Origin: an uncultured Candidatus Saccharibacteria bacterium
Lineage (GTDB): Bacteria > Patescibacteriota > Saccharimonadia > Saccharimonadales > JBBQAJ01
DNA length: 64,000 nucleotides
NCBI GenBank assembly: GCA_964593805.1
Contig: CAZQHP010000001.1
Span: forward strand, 128,091 to 192,090
Direction: 5' to 3'
Positions 19,598 through 28,538 of this stretch are shown piece by piece. The notes under the pieces are model-generated. The model was not told where the DNA came from. It worked only from the letters and a program-made list of their open reading frames with translations, and made no database searches. Position 1 is the first letter of the stretch. Every line of letters begins with the position of its first letter. The position numbers were made by a program, and so were the translations under genes.

Positions 19598-19825
19598 TCA
19601 TCTCCGTCTTGCATGCGTAGATTCCGCCCATTCGGGTGGAAACGGACCTTCAGTCGCTAGTCTATACCACGCGTGTGATCTTCCAGACAATTTGGTAACA
19701 TCCACTACCTCTACTCCTGCAGTCTGTAGAACAGCCCCGCCATCCTGTGCGAGTACTTCAGGCATTCGCTGTTCAGTAACATCTGGTCTTTCACCCACTT
19801 GATTTACTGGCAATTCTCCGGTCAT
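19598..19825 (-). CDS. small hypothetical protein (75 aa), coding status uncertain
   Basis: The ATG is preceded by GAGGAAGGA at suitable spacing. No family recognised. Lies downstream of a promoter/attenuator-like leader. Confidence 0.35.
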   Translation of the reverse strand: MTGELPVNQVGERPDVTEQRMPEVLAQDGGAVLQTAGVEVVDVTKLSGRSHAWYRLATEGPFPPEWAESTHARRR

Positions 19826-20003
19826 TTTGTATCCTTCCTCGGCAAAAGAAAAACCTCCTCGCTCATTGGGCGGGGAGGTTTGTTTGCCTTTTGTTATTTG
19901 TTTGGCTACAAACGCTCCCCTCAGGCCGCGAGACTCACGGCAATCGGCGGACGTTTATTAGTAACCATAAACTTAAATGTACGCCCAAATTCCGCACTGT
20001 CAA
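19826..20003 (-). promoter_or_regulatory. promoter plus ~145-nt leader with terminator/antiterminator architecture (candidate unclassified riboswitch or attenuator)
   Basis: On the minus strand: TTGACA (20003-19998), 16-nt spacer, TACATT (19981-19976). The leader has stem AAACGUCC/GGAGCGUUU enclosing the hairpin GCCGUGAgucUCGCGGC. Next is the terminator AAACCUCCCCGC...GCGAGGAGGUUU plus a U-run (19881-19845). The segment GGGGAG can alternatively pair with CUCCCC of the terminator. Confidence 0.4.
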
Positions 20004-20121
20004 GAACCCAAACCCGTATCCCACCCAAACCCCCAATTTAACTCACGCATGATATATTTTCAGCAACCACTAGCGTGAAGGCTAACATGCCCAAATTAAA
20101 TTCCTGATACAATTAGCTTAA

Positions 20122-20700
20122 ATGAAACCAGCTCTGCTCATAACTGCCACTACGCTTTCTTTGGTCGGAACCGCCGACTACATATTGAGCATTTTGTATG
20201 ACAAAACGCGACCGCATAGAACCACTCGCATAGTGCTTTTTATTGTTTCGGTTGTTAATCTTTTGGGAACCGTTGCCGCACATGCCGGCTGGGGCGTATT
20301 GCTACTTTCACTTCTGTTCTTTACTAGAAGTTTCGTGTTGGCACTCTTGTCTATAAAAAGAGGCATTGGCGGCACAAGCAGGCTGGACATCACGTGCGCT
20401 GCCATAGCCCTGCTTGGCATAGTAGCTTGGCAGGTGAGTGGAAGCGGTATTTGGGCGCTGGTTTTTGCCATCCTGGCTGATGCCGTGGCGTATATACCCG
20501 CAGTAGTAAAAACCTGGAAATTGCCAAAGTCCGAAGCCCCGCTCATGTACTGGCTTGAGGGCGTTGCAGCCACGCTAGCAATCGCGCACGACGGCTTCCA
20601 TCTGAATATAATCTTCCAAGCTTACATAATTCTATCCTGCGTAGTAATGCTAGTCTGCATCTATCGCCCAACCTTTGGCAAAGAAAGAATAAGTATATGA
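20122..20700 (+). CDS. six-TM membrane protein of unknown function (paralog of 59601..60176)
   Basis: 192 aa. Shares 'Y..(K)T.PHR.T', 'L(L/S)(S/L)..RG.GG' and 'KT/AY..PESE' spacing with the ORF at 59601..60176. Confidence 0.6.
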   Translation: MKPALLITATTLSLVGTADYILSILYDKTRPHRTTRIVLFIVSVVNLLGTVAAHAGWGVLLLSLLFFTRSFVLALLSIKRGIGGTSRLDITCAAIALLGIVAWQVSGSGIWALVFAILADAVAYIPAVVKTWKLPKSEAPLMYWLEGVAATLAIAHDGFHLNIIFQAYIILSCVVMLVCIYRPTFGKERISI

Positions 20701-21632
20701 AAACATCATCAGGTAAAGATGTATCAAAAATCGGGATAGGAAGCTATGGAATTGGTGGGCGGGGTCATCGTGATATGAATATCACAGAAAAAGAATCGGA
20801 TCAAAAATATATCGATGCCCTGGTCTATACGCTAGAAAAAGGAATTAACTTTACAGAAATTGCCCTTGGTTACGGGCATGGACAATCACTCAAACTTTTT
20901 AAGCACGCCTTAGATAAAAGCTCGATTGCCCGCGAAGACATTTTTCTTACGCATTCGCTCTACCCGAGGGATTTACCCGATATTGAGGTAATCAATCAGG
21001 ATGTTGCAAGTTTTTACCGAATAATGAATACAGATTACGCTGACTCAACGCTCGTAACTCAAGGATTAATAATGCAATTTGGCGAAGAGGCAACGTATTA
21101 TTTATTAGACAAACTTCTAGAGACAGGGAAAACCAAATACGTAAGCCTGTCTAACGCAAGTCCCAAGTGGATCATTGAATTCAAGAAAAAATTTGGGGAT
21201 AAGTTTATCGCACATGAAGGTCATTTAAGCTTTGAGATAAGGGCACTGCAGGATAAGGGAGTTTTTGAAGCTTGTAAGAAGCTGGGAGTAGAAAATATTA
21301 TTTGGCGTCCGCTTCGCAGAAATAAAACATTTGATCATAATTGGGAATTATTAATCGAACTGGCCAAAAAATATAACAAAACCCAAAGCCAGATTATTCT
21401 GAACTGGATTTGTTATTTGGGCTACAGGCCGATGGTTTTTTCTACCAATAAAGATCACATTAATGAAAATGTAACTGCTCCTGATTTTGATATGACACCA
21501 GAAGACTACAGGCGCATGACCGACTTCCGAGCACCTGATTATCAACCACCGGAAGTTGATTGGGAGGGTATTGACGGTGGAGACGAAGTGGTTTCACTAG
21601 CAAGCGAATTCGAAAACCATATAAAGCCTTAG
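20697..21632 (+). CDS. aldo/keto reductase family oxidoreductase
   Basis: 311 aa. 'IGIGSYGIGG...INFTEIALGYGHGQS...VSLSNASP' follows the AKR pattern. Confidence 0.7.
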   Translation: MKTSSGKDVSKIGIGSYGIGGRGHRDMNITEKESDQKYIDALVYTLEKGINFTEIALGYGHGQSLKLFKHALDKSSIAREDIFLTHSLYPRDLPDIEVINQDVASFYRIMNTDYADSTLVTQGLIMQFGEEATYYLLDKLLETGKTKYVSLSNASPKWIIEFKKKFGDKFIAHEGHLSFEIRALQDKGVFEACKKLGVENIIWRPLRRNKTFDHNWELLIELAKKYNKTQSQIILNWICYLGYRPMVFSTNKDHINENVTAPDFDMTPEDYRRMTDFRAPDYQPPEVDWEGIDGGDEVVSLASEFENHIKP

Positions 21633-22246
21633 GTTTTGTTTGGAGCATTATCCAGCGATTGCCAGATGTACCAGCAGGCTACTGATTCGTAGGGGTGCCA
21701 AGCATTTTTAACTGCCAGGTCTTTGATTTCATCCGGAGTGGGGGAGTGGTCTAGGTTGTAGAGTTTTTGGATGCCGTTTTTTATGCCTAGATCGCCGTGG
21801 GCCAAAATGTCTAACCGGCCCATGCAGAACATCAGGAACATATGGGCGGTCCATTCGCCGATGCCTTTTACCGCCGTCAGTTCCGCAAGAACGTCTTCAT
21901 TACTCAATGCGTCTAGGTGATCAAACTTTACTCTGCCATCTACCACGTGCTGAGCTAGATCCAATATATAAGCGGCTTTGCCACGGCTTAAACCCACAGC
22001 ACGCAGCTCTTCAACATTTTTCTCCAGAATCTTTTCTGGTGCAGGGAAATCAGTACTCCCAAACAGTTCGCAAAACCTTTTTTCAATACTGCGGGTAGCC
22101 TTGACGCTCAATTGCTGGCTGATTATGGCATCCACCAATTCTTGATAATAATTCCTATGCGGCTTTATATCGCAAAGCCCGTATTTTGCTATCACAACAG
22201 AAAGCACCGTGTCATGTTTTGCTAAATAATCAGCCGCTGTTTGCAT
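21629..22246 (-). CDS. DNA-3-methyladenine glycosylase II / HhH-GPD superfamily base-excision glycosylase
   Basis: 'ISQQLSVKATRSI...' and 'LTAVKGIGEWTAHMFLMFCMGRLDILAHGDLGI' form the helix-hairpin-helix plus Gly/Pro...Asp loop. Confidence 0.8.
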   Translation of the reverse strand: MQTAADYLAKHDTVLSVVIAKYGLCDIKPHRNYYQELVDAIISQQLSVKATRSIEKRFCELFGSTDFPAPEKILEKNVEELRAVGLSRGKAAYILDLAQHVVDGRVKFDHLDALSNEDVLAELTAVKGIGEWTAHMFLMFCMGRLDILAHGDLGIKNGIQKLYNLDHSPTPDEIKDLAVKNAWHPYESVACWYIWQSLDNAPNKT

Positions 22247-22271
22247 GCTCTCAGTATAGCCTCCTGCTACA

Positions 22272-23963
22272 ATGGGCTACATGAAACAAGCGCAGGCTCT
22301 TACTGTTATGTTGAGTGGAAAGGCGGTGTTTTTGACGGGGCCGCCGGGGGCTGGGAAGACGTTTGTTTTGAATCAATTTGTTCGGCGGGCAACTAGGGCT
22401 GGGAAAAATGTGGCGGTTACGGCCAGTACGGGGATTGCGGCCACGCACATTGGCGGTACGACTATTCATTCGTGGTCAGGGCTGGGCATACGGGAACAAC
22501 TTGGTCCGAGGGACAGGCAGCAACTGGCGGGAAATGCCAAATTAGTTAAGCGCTACAACGCAACAGACGTTTTGGTTATAGATGAAGTTTCCATGCTGCA
22601 TGGCCACCGGCTAGACATGGTGAACGAAGCCTGCAAGTTACTCAGAAAAAACACTGAACCGTTTGGCGGCCTGCAAGTCATATTGGTGGGCGACCTATTT
22701 CAATTACCTCCGGTTACCAGAGGAAGCGACGAAGCAGATTTTGTACACGAATCGGCGGCTTGGGAAGAACTGAGCCCCCAGATTTGTTATATAACTGAAC
22801 AGCATCGCCAGGAGCGTGACGGTTTGCTGGAACTACTGGAAGCCATGCGAAGCGGGGATTTGGAAGAATTCCACCAGGAATTGCTGAGCGAACGGCTTGG
22901 CCAGAAACCGACTGCATCTCAGCCCGTAACCCGGCTTTACGCCCACAATGTAGACATTGATACCGTAAATCGGCACCATTTAGACGCGCTGCGGCAAGAC
23001 GTACATGAATACGCCATGGAAACCAAAGGTTCAGCCGCAAAAGTGGACCAACTGCGCAGAAGCGTGCTGGCGCCGGAAAAACTGGAGCTGAAAAAAGGCG
23101 CGGAAGTAATGTTTGTAGCCAACAATCCCGCCGCCGGATTTGTAAATGGCACGCGCGGCCAAGTGGTGGATTTCCGCGACAGCCAACCGGTGGTGCGTTT
23201 GACGAATAAACGGAACATAAAAGTTGGGCCGCACAGTTGGAAACTGGAAGAAGACGGCAAAGTCCGAGCCGAAGTGTCCCAGCTGCCGCTGCGGCTGGCC
23301 TGGGCAATCACCATCCATAAAAGCCAAGGCATGAGCTTGGACGGCGCCGAGATTGACCTGAGCAAATCTTTCACGCCGGGTATGGGCTACGTGGCGCTGT
23401 CTCGCATTCGCAGCATTGGCGGGCTGTACCTGTCTGGCATAAACGCCATGGCGCTGCAAATGCACCCCAGTATTTTTGAATTTGACAGCCAGCTTCGCAA
23501 AACTTCCGCGGCACTTGCAGAGATAACTCCCGATGCGGCAAGTGAGGAACCTGCCAAACCAGCCACACCGCCCATGAATAAAGAATTGCTGGCAGACCTA
23601 AAGGCATGGCGGCTCAAACGCGCTCAGACCGAAAGCGTACCGGCGTACGTGATTGCCCACGATAGCGTTTTGGAACTGCTGGCTGCCAAGCTGCCAAACT
23701 CTAACCAGGGACTGCTTGGCTTGAAAGGCATGGGCGGCAAAAAAGTAGAAAAATATGGCGCCGACATGCTGGCGGTGATTGCCAAACACACCGGTAGAAA
23801 AGTTGCCGCCCTTAAAACATCTGCCCACTCTTGGACGGCAGAAGATGACGCGTTGCTAAAAACTCTGGTGCATGAGCAGCGTCCTTTGGAACATGTCTGC
23901 GACAGGCTAGGACGCCAACCCGAAGAAGTATGGGGACGTATCAGCGAACTGCTTAAGCTCTAG
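22272..23963 (+). CDS. PIF1/RecD-like SF1 DNA helicase with a C-terminal HRDC-like domain and a Myb/SANT-like tail
   Basis: Walker A 'GPPGAGKT', 'LVIDEVSM', 'GDLFQLPPV', 'ITIHKSQGMSLD'. The HRDC-like segment is 'LKAWRLKRAQTESVPAYVIAHDSVLELLA...GMGGKKVEKYG'. The tail is 'WTAEDDALLKTLV...LGRQPEEVWGRI'. Confidence 0.8.
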   Translation: MGYMKQAQALTVMLSGKAVFLTGPPGAGKTFVLNQFVRRATRAGKNVAVTASTGIAATHIGGTTIHSWSGLGIREQLGPRDRQQLAGNAKLVKRYNATDVLVIDEVSMLHGHRLDMVNEACKLLRKNTEPFGGLQVILVGDLFQLPPVTRGSDEADFVHESAAWEELSPQICYITEQHRQERDGLLELLEAMRSGDLEEFHQELLSERLGQKPTASQPVTRLYAHNVDIDTVNRHHLDALRQDVHEYAMETKGSAAKVDQLRRSVLAPEKLELKKGAEVMFVANNPAAGFVNGTRGQVVDFRDSQPVVRLTNKRNIKVGPHSWKLEEDGKVRAEVSQLPLRLAWAITIHKSQGMSLDGAEIDLSKSFTPGMGYVALSRIRSIGGLYLSGINAMALQMHPSIFEFDSQLRKTSAALAEITPDAASEEPAKPATPPMNKELLADLKAWRLKRAQTESVPAYVIAHDSVLELLAAKLPNSNQGLLGLKGMGGKKVEKYGADMLAVIAKHTGRKVAALKTSAHSWTAEDDALLKTLVHEQRPLEHVCDRLGRQPEEVWGRISELLKL

Positions 23964-24020
23964 TTATTGACCGGTGTTTTTGCTACACTTTTCTAAAGGA
24001 TAAGCGTAAGTATATACAAA

Positions 24021-26228
24021 ATGGACAAAGAACGTACCGAGGACTTAAATCCTCGCAGCGATGATGTTGAGCAAAAGGTCAAGCGTATGCTGGACCCGTC
24101 TATGCCTGACGAACCAGCGCAACCCAGCCCAGCCGCTGGAACTAAAAAAACCATACCAATCCAGTCAGTGTCCGCCCCGGCGAAGCCTAAAGCCCAAGAA
24201 GACGCCTTGCCTTCGGCTCCAGAACTGCCGCAGGATGATAAAAAATCAGCCAAAAATTCCAAAAAAGTTATCATACCCATAAGCCACCACGATGAAAAAT
24301 CAGAATCTAGCGCTGGCGCGGATGCGGAAACCGCCCCGCTGGTCAAACAAATTGCCATTACGCAGCATGAAGGCGGCGCAGAAGCTGTGGCCGATAAGCT
24401 AAATCAGAAAATCGCTGAGCTAGACGCCAAAGACCCTGGGCTATCAGCAAACCCGCCCGCCACGGCCTCGGTGGCGGAGGGAGCCCCAGTAGAGGGTGAA
24501 ACTGAGACGCCAATTATTGATTCGGCAGCCATAACCAATCCCGAAACCGACAAAGCGGTCGAAGCAATAGTTGCCGCCGAAGGCGACGAGCTGCTTGAGG
24601 TAGAAGACGCGGTTCGGGATACCGATGAACCGCTAGAACCCGCCAAAAAATCACGGCGGGGGCCGTTGCAGATTCTAAAATCTTGGTGGGCAAAACCGGG
24701 CTTTAAAAAAGCAGTGATAATTTTTGCCGCAGTTGCCATCACTGCCGCGGGCGCTTTTCCGGGTTCGCGCTACTTTTTGCTGAATAGCGCCGGCGTACGG
24801 GCTTCAAGTTCGCTGATAGTGCTAGACGAAAGCACGCAGCAGCCGCTCAAAAACGTGGCAGTCAGCATTGGCAAAAGTACCGGCGTAACAGATGAAGCAG
24901 GCAGAGTCAGCCTGCGAAAGGTCAAACTTGGCAAAAATCCGCTAGTCATAGAAAAAAGAGCCTTTGCGCCGATTACCAAAAACGTTGTTGTGGGCTGGGG
25001 CAGCAATCCGCTAGGTGATTTCAAACTCACGCCAACCGGCAGCCAGTATAGCTTTTCGACCCTTGATTTTTTGTCCGGCAAACCACTCAGTAAGGTAGAA
25101 GCTACCAGCGGCGAAGCCAGCGCGGTGTCAGACAGCCAGGGAGCTATAAAACTCACCATAGACAGGGCGGACGATGGGCAGTTTAAGGTCAAACTCCAAG
25201 CTGACGGCTTCCGAACCGAAGAAATCAGCGTTGATCCAAATGACAAATCTGTCCGCAGCGTCAAATTAGTACCTGCCCGCAAGCAGGTTTTTGTATCAAA
25301 ACGCTCCGGAAAATATGATATCTACAGCGTGTACATTGATGGCAAAGAAGAAAACTTAGTCCTGGCCGGCAGTGGCAATGAAAAAGAAGGCATGGTACTG
25401 GTGCCGCACCCCAATGAGGAAATTGCGGCCTACGTATCCACGCGAGCCGGCCAGCACAACAGCGACGGTTTTTTGCTTAGCAACTTGATTCTGCTGAACC
25501 TGGAAGACAACAGTACTACTAACGTGGGCGTTTCAGAACGAATTCAGATTGTTGACTGGTCCGGCGATCGCCTAATCTATGTCCAAATCGCCGCCGGCAG
25601 CAGTGGCGACAGCCCGGGGCGCTACCGTTTGATGAGCTACAATTACAAAGACGCTTCAAACAAAGAGCTAGCCAGCAGTAACTTTTTCAACGACGTCATA
25701 GCTGTCAGCGGCTCAATCTACTACGCTCCATCCAGCGCTTACCAGACGGGCAAAACTAATTTCTACAAAATAAACGCCGATGGCAGCAACCAGCAAACAA
25801 TCTTTGACCAGGAAGTTTGGAATATCTTCAGGACTTCTTATGATCATTTTGCATTATCAGTCCAGCAGCAGTGGTATGACTACCGCCTAGGCGATAAATC
25901 CCCGACCAAACTCAGCAGCGCGCCCGCCAGCCAAATTTCGCGGGTGTACATAAACAGCCCCGACGCCAAACACAGCATTTGGGCTGATAACCGTGATGGC
26001 AAAGGCGTACTGCTGAGCTATGACACCGCCGGTCAAAAAGAAGACGCCACCGTGCGCAGCCAAAGCGGCCTGGGGTACCCAGTCCGCTGGCTCAATAACA
26101 GTTCACTGGTCTATAGGGTCAAAACGGATCAGGAAACAGCTGATTACGCTATCAGCATTGATGGCGGCGAACCAGTCAAAATTCGCGACGTTACCAATAC
26201 CAGCGGCATAGACCGCTGGTACTATTAG
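24021..26228 (+). CDS. large membrane-anchored surface protein (disordered acidic N-terminus, one TM, beta-rich ectodomain)
   Basis: 735 aa. Has a TM at 'AVIIFAAVAITAAGAF', then carboxypeptidase-regulatory-like repeats ('LIVLDESTQQPLKNVAVSI...') and a TolB/PD40-like beta-propeller-looking C-terminal half. Confidence 0.55.
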   Translation: MDKERTEDLNPRSDDVEQKVKRMLDPSMPDEPAQPSPAAGTKKTIPIQSVSAPAKPKAQEDALPSAPELPQDDKKSAKNSKKVIIPISHHDEKSESSAGADAETAPLVKQIAITQHEGGAEAVADKLNQKIAELDAKDPGLSANPPATASVAEGAPVEGETETPIIDSAAITNPETDKAVEAIVAAEGDELLEVEDAVRDTDEPLEPAKKSRRGPLQILKSWWAKPGFKKAVIIFAAVAITAAGAFPGSRYFLLNSAGVRASSSLIVLDESTQQPLKNVAVSIGKSTGVTDEAGRVSLRKVKLGKNPLVIEKRAFAPITKNVVVGWGSNPLGDFKLTPTGSQYSFSTLDFLSGKPLSKVEATSGEASAVSDSQGAIKLTIDRADDGQFKVKLQADGFRTEEISVDPNDKSVRSVKLVPARKQVFVSKRSGKYDIYSVYIDGKEENLVLAGSGNEKEGMVLVPHPNEEIAAYVSTRAGQHNSDGFLLSNLILLNLEDNSTTNVGVSERIQIVDWSGDRLIYVQIAAGSSGDSPGRYRLMSYNYKDASNKELASSNFFNDVIAVSGSIYYAPSSAYQTGKTNFYKINADGSNQQTIFDQEVWNIFRTSYDHFALSVQQQWYDYRLGDKSPTKLSSAPASQISRVYINSPDAKHSIWADNRDGKGVLLSYDTAGQKEDATVRSQSGLGYPVRWLNNSSLVYRVKTDQETADYAISIDGGEPVKIRDVTNTSGIDRWYY

Positions 26229-26297
26229 CTAGCGTTCCTAGATTATCCAATAAAAGCTTATGGTAGAATATCTTAAGACAAGAATTAAAAGGATCTA

Positions 26298-26948
26298 ATG
26301 CATATGAAAAGATTACTAGCCCTAGGCATCAGCGCCATACTAATCCTGCCTATTTTGTCAACGGTGGCGGTTTTTGCTGTTGAGGACAACACATCCACAA
26401 CCAGCCAAACGACAACAGAAACTAGCGCCACAGATGCCGCCAAGGCATTAGCTGAGCGCATTGCCAAGCATAAGGACGAGCTAAAAACTAGATTAAGCAA
26501 TGCTGAAAAACTACGCCTCCAATCAAAGTGCAAGGCCTCACAAGGTCTCGTTAGTTCAATCAGAGGCCGTATAAAAGGTATAGAAACCAGCCGCGGCCAA
26601 GTTTACAAAAACATCATCAATCGGCTGACCAATTTGTCTGAAAAACTCAAAAACAAAGGAGCCAACACCACCGAATTGGACGCAGATATAGCTACACTCC
26701 AGACCAAAATGGATACATTCAACACTGACCTAGCTGCCTACAAGCAAGCCGTAAGCGATGTTGCCGATATGGACTGTATCACAGATCCAGACGGCTTCAA
26801 GGCTGCTCTAGAAGCTGCCCGCGCCGCCCGCCAGAAAGTCAACGAAGACGGGCTGGCGGTACGCAGTTATATAAACGACACTATTAAACCCTTGCTCAAA
26901 ACCATTCGCGCTCAGCTAGAAGCTGACAAAACAGAGGAGGGACAATAG
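26298..26948 (+). CDS. secreted coiled-coil protein, unknown function
   Basis: Signal-peptide-like N-terminus 'MKRLLALGISAILILPILSTVAVFA', then heptad-rich helical sequence. Confidence 0.55.
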   Translation: MHMKRLLALGISAILILPILSTVAVFAVEDNTSTTSQTTTETSATDAAKALAERIAKHKDELKTRLSNAEKLRLQSKCKASQGLVSSIRGRIKGIETSRGQVYKNIINRLTNLSEKLKNKGANTTELDADIATLQTKMDTFNTDLAAYKQAVSDVADMDCITDPDGFKAALEAARAARQKVNEDGLAVRSYINDTIKPLLKTIRAQLEADKTEEGQ

Positions 26949-26950
26949 CC

Positions 26951-27565
26951 ATGGATGAACAGCAAACAACCAACCAAACATCTGGCGATGATTCCACGGT
27001 GTCAACGGAAACTGGCGGCCAAATCCTGCCTGCCGGTGGGCAGGTTATGGACGTAACCGCGCCAAACAAACAACCGGAAACTTCAAGCTGGCAAGAAACC
27101 AGTACCGACACGCCGGAGGGCGATGTCCCAGACACCCAGTTTGAGCCAGGCGACTCGCCAGCGGCTGCCCCAGCCAGCCCTGAACCAACAGAAAGTCTGA
27201 TTAGCGAACCAAAACTTGCGGAACCAGCAGCTGAAGCCCCAACTCCTGCGCCGGAAGCTCATTCTCCAGCCAATACTCCGCATCTGCCAGCCAAAAACGG
27301 CGCTCCAGTAGCGGCAATCGTCATCGCGGCCGTAGTTGCCACGGCTTTAGCCGGTTTGGTTATATTTAGTTATTTCAAAGCCAAAAACAGCGATACCGTC
27401 AAACGCAGCGACGCTGCCTCCAGCCAGACGGTTGTAGAGAAGCCGCAGGCCAGCACCGCCGATGTAGATACGACCAATCAAGAAATCGATACCAGCCTGC
27501 AGCAGGCGAACGACAGCACAGACTTTGCGGCTGCCGAATTGAGCGACACCGCCCTGGGTTTATAG
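26951..27565 (+). CDS. Pro/Glu/Thr-rich membrane-anchored protein, unknown function
   Basis: 204 aa. Low-complexity N-terminal half with a single TM 'VAAIVIAAVVATALAGLVIFSYF'. Tightly packed after the previous gene. Confidence 0.5.
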   Translation: MDEQQTTNQTSGDDSTVSTETGGQILPAGGQVMDVTAPNKQPETSSWQETSTDTPEGDVPDTQFEPGDSPAAAPASPEPTESLISEPKLAEPAAEAPTPAPEAHSPANTPHLPAKNGAPVAAIVIAAVVATALAGLVIFSYFKAKNSDTVKRSDAASSQTVVEKPQASTADVDTTNQEIDTSLQQANDSTDFAAAELSDTALGL

Positions 27566-27603
27566 TGTTTGGATCCGCCATTTCTCGGCTATAATGTAAA
27601 CGC

Positions 27604-28197
27604 ATGGTAAAAATACTTAACGCGTTAAGTGATTCGCAGCTGGCGGTTTTGTTGCGGCAGGGTTCTGTGGGCGTGCTGCCCACAGACACCGTTTACGGCG
27701 TGGTTTGCCGTGCGGCCGACGAAGTCGCCGTGAAACGTTTGTATGAGGTTAAATCCCGTAAAAGCAAACCCGGAACGGTAATCGCTGCCGGCATTGACCA
27801 ATTGGTGGAACTGGGCATAAAAGCTCGCTATCTTAAAGCCGTAGAACAGTTTTGGCCAAACGCGATTAGTATTGAAATCCCGCACCAGATTGCGTATCTC
27901 AACCAAACAACCGGGCGGCAAGCATTTAGAATCATCAAACAACCGGCCGAATTAGTTGATTTGCTAAAACTAGTCGGCCCGCTGCTTACCAGCAGTGCTA
28001 ATCTACCCGGACAACCTCCGGCAAACAACATTGCAGAGGCGCAAAAATATTTTGGTGGTAGTGTGAATTTTTACGTTGATGGCGGCGATTTGTCTGATCG
28101 CAAACCCTCTACGCTCATCCGGATCGTTGACGATGCCGTGGAGACAATTCGGCCAGGAGCTGTTAAGATAGACGAAACAACCGGCCGGATTTTATGA
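27604..28197 (+). CDS. tsaC: L-threonylcarbamoyladenylate synthase (YrdC/TsaC family)
   Basis: 'GSVGVLPTDTVYGVVCRA...VKSRKSKPGTVI...LTSSANLPGQPP' are YrdC-domain motifs. Confidence 0.8.
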   Translation: MVKILNALSDSQLAVLLRQGSVGVLPTDTVYGVVCRAADEVAVKRLYEVKSRKSKPGTVIAAGIDQLVELGIKARYLKAVEQFWPNAISIEIPHQIAYLNQTTGRQAFRIIKQPAELVDLLKLVGPLLTSSANLPGQPPANNIAEAQKYFGGSVNFYVDGGDLSDRKPSTLIRIVDDAVETIRPGAVKIDETTGRIL

Positions 28198-28538
28198 ATT
28201 TCAACGACTATCAAAAGCAAGCTGTAACTACCGATTTAAGCGTCGGCAAAGGCCACGACGTTCTCAGCATCGCTTTTATGGATAAAGTGCTGGGGCTGCT
28301 GGGTGAAAGCGGCGAAATAGCCGAAAAATTCAAAAAGATTCTGCGCGACAAAGACGCCAAATTAACAGATGAAGACAGACAAGAACTGACCAAAGAATTA
28401 GGCGACGTTTTGTGGTACATTGCACTGCTTGGCCACTATCTGAACGTGCCACTGGATGATATAGCCAGCAAAAACATCACCAAACTAAAAAGCCGCCAAA
28501 CCCGCGGCACGCTCAGCGGCAGCGGAGACAACCGCTAG
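28194..28538 (+). CDS. MazG-like nucleotide pyrophosphohydrolase domain protein
   Basis: 114 aa. 'LLGESGEIAEKFKK...ELGDVLWYIALL' is the EExxE...D all-alpha NTP-PPase pattern. Confidence 0.75.
   Translation: MNFNDYQKQAVTTDLSVGKGHDVLSIAFMDKVLGLLGESGEIAEKFKKILRDKDAKLTDEDRQELTKELGDVLWYIALLGHYLNVPLDDIASKNITKLKSRQTRGTLSGSGDNR

Noticed and set aside
19590-20041. Plus-strand ORFs 19590..19802 and 19799..20041
   Set aside because: The sequences are Ser/Thr/Cys-rich with no start context. The minus-strand promoter, leader, terminator, SD and ATG arrangement explains the region better.
22714-23828. Cluster of minus-strand ORFs (197, 145, 144, 78, 76 and 76 aa) inside the helicase gene
   Set aside because: The local GC-rich coding sequence keeps antisense frames open. 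The helicase motifs on the + strand explain the region.
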